DNA of 64,000 nucleotides, from the NCBI RefSeq assembly GCF_001194135.2, contig NC_069007.1, positions 1,819,397-1,883,396 on the forward strand, in the 5' to 3' direction. The notes beneath the pieces were generated by a model. It was given only the letters and a program-made list of their open reading frames with translations, searched no databases and had not been told where the DNA came from. This document shows positions 54,761 through 64,000 of the stretch, one piece after another. Source of the DNA: Octopus bimaculoides (lineage: Eukaryota). Every line of letters starts with the position of its first letter. Position 1 is the stretch's first letter. A program made the position numbers and the translations under genes.

Positions 54761-55001
54761 ACAGTATTTACATTTGACGGATAATTTTCCTCATCTTCTT
54801 TGTTGTTAACACAACGTTTCAGCTTAGGTACCCTCCAGGCTTCATCAGGTGTCTTGGTGAAATTTCGAACCTAGATTTTCATTCGTAAGGTAATTTTCGA
54901 TGTTGTTGTTATTGTTATTATTATTCAGGTTACTACCTGGAATCGAACTCGGAATCTTTGGTTAGTAGCCCACGCTCTTAACCACTACGCCATATACCCG
55001 C
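54761..55001 (-). mobile_element. tRNA-headed short retroposon with a hammerhead-bearing tail
   Basis: Head 54999-54928 with A-box TGGCGTAGTGG and B-box GAGTTCGATTCC, short (AAT/AAC)n linker, then a tail with a hammerhead core. Confidence 0.75.
54808..54853 (-). ncRNA. Minimal type I hammerhead ribozyme motif
   Basis: GACAC CUGAUGA AGCCUGGAGGGUACCUAAGCU GAAA CG UU GUGUU: stem I GACAC/GUGUU, intact core, stem II 6 bp with one mismatch, palindromic ACGU in place of stem III, predicted cleavage after GUU. Confidence 0.65.
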
Positions 55002-55004
55002 GAG

Positions 55005-55065
<61 letters not shown>

Positions 55066-55506
55066 AAATTTGAAATACATATCATTTCTAAAACCCCAGT
55101 TATACCTTGGAGTAAAATATTTTATGGCTGTGATAGCATCTCATGTATTTTAATCTATAAACCAATGGGTTTATATGTAGTTTTATCTAGTTACATAATA
55201 AAATATACGTGTATTCTTATCTAATCTTAGAATACCGTGTTGTGCCTATTTGCACTTGGAGAAAAAAATTCTAATGAAAATGGACGAAGTTACATTAAAG
55301 ATTTATTAGTAAGTAAATATGAGCTTATATTTCCTCAATGCTAGCATAAATCTTTTATGAGGTATTTCTTGAAATGATAATTAGATATAGTTAGAATAAT
55401 GATATATTTCAATGTAGTTATTTTAAAATCGAAACTGCTCGGTATAGAAATTACAGAAGTACGTGCATGAATACTTTAAGAAATATTATCAATAATATTG
55501 ATATGA

Positions 55507-55930
55507 TATTGGTTTCAAATTTTGGCACAAGGCCAGTCATCTCGGGGGATGGGTAAATCGATTTTATTGACACTATTGCTCAGTTACTACTTATTTTATC
55601 GATCCTGATAGAAGGAAAAGCAAAGACGATCTTGGTGGATTTTGAACGAAATGTTACTAAGTATTTTGTCCGACGTGGAAATGATATTGCCGAATTGACG
55701 CCCTAAAGATACATATTATATTCTTTTCTACTCTAGACAACGGGCCCGCAATTTTTGGGGAGGGGAACCAGTCGATTAGATCGACGCCAGTACGCAACTG
55801 GTAGTTAGTTTATAGACCCTGAAAGGATGAAAGTCAAAGTCGACCTCGGCGGAATTTGAACACAGAGCGTTAAGATAGACGAAAAATTGCTGAGCATTTC
55901 GCCCGGCGTGCTAACGTTTCTGCCAGCTCG
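55507..55930 (-). mobile_element. Two tandem family-A SINEs (older 55507-55704, younger 55720-55930)
   Basis: The younger copy is a close reverse complement of 14162-14373; the older copy ends with the GGTTTCAAATTTTGGCACAAGGCC-type tail. Confidence 0.85.
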
Positions 55931-56644
55931 TATATCGATCTACTTGAGACATTGAGATCATGCTGAGATCTGCTCCAACAGCAAAGCGAATTGCAAATTC
56001 AACTTATCATTTTTCCCGTACTCAGAGGTGCTGCTGCAATTATCCTCTAATATATATCATGTTTTGTCCCACAATACTGAAGGGACTGACCTCTGTGACT
56101 TTCCTCTACGTGTGACAGCAAAAATAGTGCCACCAATATATTCAGCTCTTCCCTTATAACTCAGAATAACAAACGGCACAGCATCTCCAGTAATTCTTTA
56201 CCATCCTTGTTCAGTAGAATCGCAAATTCCAAATATTACACGGTGGGCCCCGTGCTTCTTCTGAACACCCATACGATTCGAAAGCACAAACTATATGGGA
56301 TCTAAAATTTAGTACATTTCTCAATTTTATGCGATATTTCTTTGGTTTCAAAATATCAGAATTTCAGGTGTATCTTATTTAACGGTTCATAGAAGAGAAA
56401 GTGTAATAACATTTTCTTTGGAATCAACACTAAAAATGTGCAATGTAGTTATAGACAGTGACAAATATTCCTAGTAAGCAATTTTATATTTTTTGCGAGA
56501 ATCTATTACTTTCTATAATTGAGATGATATGTGACGCGACAGGGCTATTAATACGGATTTCCTACAGACATTATAGCGTGTTCAACGGAGCTCAGATATA
56601 TTTAATTTCTGTGATTTTCAGAACCACTGAAAACTGCGCAAGTT

Positions 56645-56687
<43 letters not shown>

Positions 56688-57168
56688 NNNNNNNNNNNNN
56701 NNNNNNNNNNNNNNNNNNNNNNNNNNNNNNNNNNNNNNNNNNNNNNNNNNNNNNNNNNNNNNNNNNNNNNNNNNNNNNNNNNNNNNNNNNNNNNNNNNNN
56801 NNNNNNNNNNNNNNNNNNNNNNNNNNNNNNNNNNNNNNNNNNNNNNNNNNNNNNNNNNNNNNNNNNNNNNNNNNNNNNNNNNNNNNNNNNNNNNNNNNNN
56901 NNNNNNNNNNNNNNNNNNNNNNNNNNNNNNNNNNNNNNNNNNNNNNNNNNNNNNNNNNNNNNNNNNNNNNNNNNNNNNNNNNNNNNNNNNNNNNNNNNNN
57001 NNNNNNNNNNNNNNNNNNNNNNNNNNNNNNNNNNNNNNNNNNNNNNNNNNNNNNNNNNNNNNNNNNNNNNNNNNNNNNNNNNNNNNNNNNNNNNNNNNNN
57101 NNNNNNNNNNNNNNNNNNNNNNNNNNNNNNNNNNNNNNNNNNNNNNNNNNNNNNNNNNNNNNNNNNNT

Positions 57169-57300
57169 ATGTGTGTGTGTGTGTGTGTATGTATATATAT
57201 GTGTGTGTGTATGTATATATATATATGTGTGTGTGTGTGTATGTATATATATATGTGTGTGTGTGTGTGTGTATGTATATATATATGTGCGTACATGTGT
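57169..57300. repeat. Higher-order (GT)n-ATGT-(AT)n repeat, about 4 units
   Basis: Repeating GTGTGT..ATGTATATAT.. blocks next to an N-gap. Confidence 0.8.
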
Positions 57301-59932
57301 GTGTATGTATATATAGTTATGTATGTATACATATACATAAGCACATACATATATACAAATACATTGCCATTCAACGCATTTACCTTGCAGTGCATATTTT
57401 TGCATACGTGTGTAAGCATATCCGTGTTTGCACGCTAGCGCAATGTGGGCGTGAGAGAGACAAATAGATAGATAGATAGATAGATAGACAGGTAGACAGG
57501 TAGTTAGATAGAGAGAGAGAGAGAGAGATAAAGAGAGAGAGAAACGCAGAAACAGATCAATAGATTTAGTGATAGGCCGTCTAACGAAATAGATTGATAG
57601 ATCGATTTGTTAGAAACCAGGTGATCTCCGTGGTTCGGAAATAATTCTTTGCCACGCAGCCACGCCTATAACAACATTCGATATTTACATATTTATTACG
57701 GATATGTATGTGGATATTTGTCTGAGAATTGCAGCTCCTGCAGGTTATAGTTGCTAAAGGAGTAAAAGATGGAACGGAAGAGTGTGTGTGAAAGAGAGAC
57801 AGACAGTAAGACAATGAGATGACTGAGGGAGTGTATATTCTCCTTTACAAGAGAGAACCGCTTCAGAGTTTTCTCCTAATCTTGTGAGGTCTTTTACCTA
57901 TATATACATTTACATGTGAATATCTATGTACCTGTGCATGTATGTACGTATGTATGCTTTTACGTATATCTGTATTCATAAAACATCGAACAGTATTTAC
58001 ATTAATGCCAAAGATATTTTCTTAAAGACTGGTTAGAACAAAGGACAATCCAGCAAATACTGTAAGTCAAATTTCATTTGTTTTCTTTGCACAAAAGATG
58101 ATCCTTGGAGCAAAATCTTCAATCGTAAAACTGTAAAATGCCAGGAGCATTTTTGAAGGAGAATTTCTATTGTTCAACATTTCAATATTTAGCGTGCATA
58201 ACGTTTAGGGAAAGACAAAATTTTGTTTTTTATTTCTTAAAGCACAAAATTTCTGATTAGAAGAGTGAAAATATCATTCTCTAATATTCAAACCTTAGAG
58301 ATATTTGATCCGGAGTGACGATCCTAAAAGACGCAGAAAAGCCAAGCGGCATGGTTCAAATTTTCGATGGGTGAATTCTATTCCTGTTAAACAACTACAA
58401 TATCTACAAGAAGTGACACTTCAAAGCGCTTCATTGTCAGGTAGAAATGATAGCTACGCCTTTCTCAAATAGCAAACCGCTGTATTCGAAAAGAATAAGA
58501 TACAATCGACGATGTAGTGAATTGATGCTCACTATTTCTCTATTGCCCATATCTCTGATCAGTCATTGTAATCTGAAGTTCAATTACTACAACATACCCC
58601 GAAGCAGCAACTATAACACCGTATTAAATATATAGAGATTTTACGCTTAAAATGACGCGGAACTGTTGAACCAAAAAGCAAAGTTTCATGCACTGAAGGT
58701 TCAACGCGTTTCACGTCGCTTTTTAATTTTCTTTTTTTAAAGCGTCGCCTACGTTTGAGCAAACTGATCTAGGTATTCAGTCCAAGGGACTTGTTATTAG
58801 TAAATTTAACATTGATTCAACATGCAAATCACAATACACAGGTATTATTGATATTACTGTCNNNNNNNNNNNNNNNNNNNNNNNNNNNNNNNNNNNNNNN
58901 NNNNNNNNNNNNNNNNNNNNNNNNNNNNNNNNNNNNNNNNNNNNNNNNNNNNNNNNNNNNNNNNNNNNNNNNNNNNNNNNNNNNNNNNNNNNNNNNNNNN
59001 NNNNNNNNNNNNNNNNNNNNNNNNNNNNNNNNNNNNNNNNNNNNNNNNNNNNNNNNNNNNNNNNNNNNNNTCATACATATATATATATATGCAATATTTT
59101 TCCAAGATGTGGAGTGTTTCTTTTCTTTCCATGTTTCTTTTTTTTTTTTTTCATTTTCTTTCAATTTCAATCATTCGATCTTTACCAATTACTATTCTTA
59201 TTATCGAAACTGCTCCAACTTATAACCCTTTTCTCTGTTGATGTTAATGGTTGCATTTTTGATATAGGTCGTGTTTAGTTTTGCTATTGTCGTTGTTGTT
59301 GTCATTACTGTTGTTGCTGTTAGTATTCATGCTGTTCTTGTTGTTCTCGTTGATGGTTTATTCAAAAGTATTAGAAGGACAGAAGCTATTCGGCACCAAA
59401 GGTATTATAAGAAGCAGAATGAGATTATTGATCCTAAAAGTAAAAAGAACAGCATGGCTGCTTTTACCATTGTCTTGATGGATTAATGTCATGTCTGAAA
59501 GAGATTGGAAATTCCAGCAATGTCGATGCTCTGTGTAGACTCAAGGGAAATTTTACGATTCGCCTAACTTACTGGAATCTTATGTTTCTCGGTTTTCTTA
59601 CAAGTTTTTTTTTTTAATATTTTGTTGATCGTTTTTGTATTCTTTGTTGCGTATTTGCTTGTCGAATGATGGCGGATTTGTTAGAGAATTCTAGAGAACA
59701 AGGTTATGTATATTCTGGTACTCTATCTTTTATCCTACACTAATTTTATTTCAAATCCCCAACGATTTAATCATGAGTACGCATGGACTGTTCATGAAAG
59801 ACTTGGGACAACCAGTTAAAGATATTAACAGTTCGCCCGATGGCACCTACACCCCACCAATATGCTCTGCCATTGGCGTGTGTTCTTCATTCCCATAATA
59901 TCCTGTTCTAGCGCTCAGGATTTTCTTTGGAA

Positions 59933-60335
59933 TATTGGTTTCAGATTTTGGTACAATGCCAGTAACTCTGTGGAATGATGCACGGTGATGATAACGACAC
60001 CAGTGAACAACTGGTACCTATGTGTCAACTCCTAAAAAGATGAAAGGCAAGGTCACCCTCGACGGAATTTGAACTCGGAACATAAGGACAGGCGAAATGA
60101 AGCTAAGCAGTTTCATTTCTACTGTTTCATAAGAATATTCCTTTCTACTCTAGGCATAAAGCCTGAAATTTTTCGGGGGGGGGGGGACCAGTCGATTAGA
60201 TCGAATCCAGTACGCAACTGGTACTTAATTTATCGACTCCGAAAGGATGAAAGGCAAAGTCAACCTTGGTGGAATTTGAACTCAGAACATTAAGAAATGA
60301 AGCTAAGCAATATTCTACTATTTGTTAAGAATATT
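59933..60335 (-). mobile_element. Two tandem family-A SINEs with a duplicated 42-46-nt junction
   Basis: Older copy 59933-60109, younger copy 60136-60309; GAAATGAAGCTAAGCA...TTCTACT...AAGAATATT occurs at 60094-60139 and 60294-60335. Confidence 0.8.
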
Positions 60336-62447
60336 AAAAAATTAAACCATATCCTTTGTTATAAATTTATCTCAGTTTAGCAAATCTGATCGAAAATACT
60401 TAGTAGTAAAGATGTTCCACCTATGACCATCACGGTAGACCATTACTTTTCTTTTATATCTAGGACTACATCATTCTACGCATACTTAGTGCAAGACTTG
60501 TTAATTTGAGAGAGATTTCACCTGAGGATTCTAGAGAGTAAATCGATTGCGCAGGCGCTCTCACGATACATCATAAAATATATCGCATTTCATCCCCGGG
60601 CTAAAACTTGAGTTAAGCAGAACAAATATCGAATATTAGTCAAACCATGACTGTCACGCATATTTTGGCAGAATTTTATCCGGTCTATGTTATCCAATTT
60701 GTAATTGTTAAGAAGGTAATATCTGTGTTGAAGAAGATACAGCTGTTTATTCTAAAGGAATGGATATCGCATTGCGTCTGTGTTGCTTTTATTGGTAATG
60801 AAGTGTTATATTCTTAACTTGATCAGATTCATATCCTCGTAGTTGCACATAAATTGACGCCCGATGTCGGTTTGTGTCTAAGGTTTGTCTATTAATATTT
60901 TAACTCCACGACATAAGGCGACTTACGCACATATAACTTCGCCAGCATCGATTCGTCGCATTTGATAAGCAGCTTGCTAAAAGTTAGCTGCCAGATACTT
61001 TCCAAATTGCTCTTTAGATTCTTAGGAAACAAAGGGGAAGAAATAAATTCTAGCTAATGATGTCTAGGATAACTTCTTGGTAAGACCAAGAGACGTAATG
61101 GTCATGGCTAGAATGCTTTTTACTGTAAAAACTACTCAGTGTTAAATCATTGACCAAACACCGATGTCAATAACAACAAAAACAGCAACAGCAACAGCAA
61201 CACTGACACACTATATATACAAAGAAATCTACATATCCGTCTACGAGTGCTTGTGAATCGGAGATCGTGTCCGGCGAGTCTAATGCGAGTGAAAGTGATT
61301 CAGACAACAATTATAATAATACTATTTTTTATTATAAATGATGTTGATGTTCTTTTTACTTAAAATATTTTTCACATTCTCGTGGGGTTTTTTGCCCTTT
61401 ATTTACGAGTATTATAAATTTTTAAGAGGAAAATATTTTTCTGGGAACGAAGTACGATTTATAACATAGCTATTGTGCTGGGAATTTATTGCTCTGCTTT
61501 CCCCTTTTTTGCTTTACGAGAGGTTTCCGGGAGCAAATTAACTCGCGTATTGAGACATTACTGTGTAAGGATGTATGTATGCATGTAATCAATGGACTTC
61601 CACTTAGTGTGTGATGTGAATAATCACACACAATCCATTGATAGGTCCAGGGCCGCGGAGTGCAACTGAATTCGAAACCACGTGACTACACATTACTCAT
61701 CTTACCCACGGAGTCAGGGTCATTATAAAGTTACTGTGAGTAACTTCGAACAGAAGAGTATCGATATATGAAGGAGGAAATGGATCGATCGACACTCTAA
61801 GAAGAGAACAAATCTATTGTATCAGGTGTTTATACTTGCTCCAACATCCGTAAGGAAATACGGTTGACATATAATCTAGCAAGGAAGGGTCTTATACGGT
61901 TTATGGAAAGATATTATCGCTAAAAAGCACTACGCAAACAAGAAAATGTGAGACACTATGGTTGTTTCATTTAGATAGTTATAGCATTTCATTTTACAGG
62001 GAGATAATATGGTTTAATACGATTTACACTTATGAGGAAATGCTGTATCGAATACGGCAAGATGTCATCTTCATGCTAATACTAAAACCGTGGACAGCAA
62101 CACGCACTAAGCGTTTGAATTGCATTTCCTTTTGGTTTCCATTTCACATCATTGACTCGACTAATGGAAATGGAAACCATCCAAAAGGGGAAAAGAGACA
62201 AAACCCGATTCTTTTCTCTCCAACAGTTAATGGACCTGGTCATGCTTTCCGTGGATATTACAGAGTAGAAGAGAAAATTTTCAAAACTTTTCAATATTTA
62301 TTATGTTTCGTGTGCTATTGTCGTGGACCAAGCAAATATCGAATAACAATGCAAAGAGAGGATCAATCATATATACATACCTATATACAAACATACATAC
62401 ATACATACATACATATGTGTGTGTGAGTATTTGTATATGAATATGTA

Positions 62448-62450
<3 letters not shown>

Positions 62451-62536
<86 letters not shown>
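62451..62536. repeat. (AT)n microsatellite
   Basis: About 43 AT units. Confidence 0.95.
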
Positions 62537-62545
<9 letters not shown>

Positions 62546-62585
62546 TGTACATGCATACACACATACGTATATATGTCTTTATATG

Positions 62586-62619
<34 letters not shown>

Positions 62620-63087
62620 TACACAAATGGATTTTGAATGACTGTAAACAACGAAATATAATTTTTATAGGTACATCTTCTATAAGATAGCTGAAAGATC
62701 GCATGTTCATCGTAGCTGTGTTACATTGAAATAGATGCCATGCATTTATATGCAAGCATGCACTACACATTCATCGTAAGTTCGTTTAGAAACACTAACA
62801 TAGAGAATGTCTCAATTTCTGCCGATTGTGTTTTATCAAAACTTTATGTTGTGCAAGCTGTGTATATTACCGACAATCGTATATCGTCAGAAAATATTTA
62901 ACTTAAAAAACTTATACATGTTTCGACGAAAGATCGACCCAGGCCATATCTATTTTAACCCCATATCCTGATACTAACTTTTAAGTCATTTTAAGTCGAC
63001 TTTTGTGGTATCATGGCTCGTTCAAGTAGGGAGTTGTTGAAGGAGATACATCCAGATATAGGTGGCTAATCTGGCATCTCTTGAAAA

Positions 63088-63089
63088 TG

Positions 63090-63139
<50 letters not shown>

Positions 63140-63285
63140 CATATATATACACATATATATACATATATATATATATATACATATATATACATATATATAT
63201 ACATATATATACATATATATATACATATATATACATATATATATACATATATATACATATATATATACATATATATACATATATA
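63088..63285. repeat. (AT)n-AC compound minisatellite running into an N-gap
   Basis: Repeated ATATATATAC / ATATATAC units. Confidence 0.9.
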
Positions 63286-63871
63286 NNNNNNNNNNNNNNN
63301 NNNNNNNNNNNNNNNNNNNNNNNNNNNNNNNNNNNNNNNNNNNNNNNNNNNNNNNNNNNNNNNNNNNNNNNNNNNNNNNNNNNNNNNNNNNNNNNNNNNN
63401 NNNNNNNNNNNNNNNNNNNNNNNNNNNNNNNNNNNNNNNNNNNNNNNNNNNNNNNNNNNNNNNNNNNNNNNNNNNNNNNNNNNNNNNNNNNNNNNNNNNN
63501 NNNNNNNNNNNNNNNNNNNNNNNNNNNNNNNNNNNNNNNNNNNNNNNNNNNNNNNNNNNNNNNNNNNNNNNNNNNNNNNNNNNNNNNNNNNNNNNNNNNN
63601 NNNNNNNNNNNNNNNNNNNNNNNNTTTTTAATATGTGCAGTAATACCTTAGGTCATCTTAATATGAGGTTTGGAGTTTGAGAAAATGATAAACGCAGAGG
63701 TTAAATAATAAACGTTGAAGTAAGAATGCTTTAACAGTTTAAATCAATTATTCCAAGCAAGAAATCTTAAAACCAAGATATTCAAAAAACGCGAAGTCGG
63801 TAGCATGTTTTGCCGGGCTCACGTTTATTGATTAAATTTATGTGTGCGCGTTTATAGACATGCACACACAC

Positions 63872-63911
<40 letters not shown>

Positions 63912-64000
63912 CAAATGAGAGAGACGGAAAATAGCATACACGGGGAACTTCATTGCCACAACAATTGTTTCGACGCATCCTGCACCGATCTGTCTCCGGT

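Noticed and set aside
54928-54999. Possible tRNA gene on the minus strand
   Set aside because: T-stem and acceptor stem pair poorly, and it runs into a repeat tail; it is a SINE head. The same applies to the other A/B-box heads.
58640-58755. Imperfect hairpin (TGTTGAACC/GGTTCAACG) with CpG-rich flanks
   Set aside because: Only an 8-bp perfect core and a long loop; no known miRNA or ribozyme core.
62110-62320. GPCR-like motifs WFPFHII, NPILF and LLCFVCYC in the 61962 ORF
   Set aside because: Only about 23 polar residues separate the TM6-like and NPxxY-like motifs, with no hydrophobic TM7; probably coincidence.

Overview
AT-rich, microsatellite-dense eukaryotic DNA from a gapped short-read assembly (13 N-gaps, roughly 4 kb, most abutting (AT)n tracts). 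The SINE families resemble, from recall rather than a search, those of Octopus, so the source is probably a coleoid cephalopod. No intact protein-coding gene, tRNA, rRNA or CRISPR array is supported; nearly all ORF-track entries are microsatellite or N-gap artefacts. The window is intergenic or intronic and filled with transposon relics: more than 20 tRNA-derived SINE copies or fragments of three or four families, CR1/L2-type LINE reverse transcriptase remnants (1-351, 24360-25003, about 12520-12730), a Dong/R4-like LINE 3' end in (AAT)n, a Tc3-like and a DD37D (maT) transposase pseudogene, and several fold-back elements. The most interesting signal is a tRNA-headed short element (54761-55001, minus strand) whose tail carries a minimal type I hammerhead ribozyme motif of the Penelope-like kind. 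It has a degenerate sibling at 43.2 kb, and a second hammerhead-like family occurs at 16.1 kb. A 79-bp fold-back at 54.4-54.7 kb pairs fully on the + strand using only G-U wobbles. An Illumina adapter remnant sits at 19812-19828.
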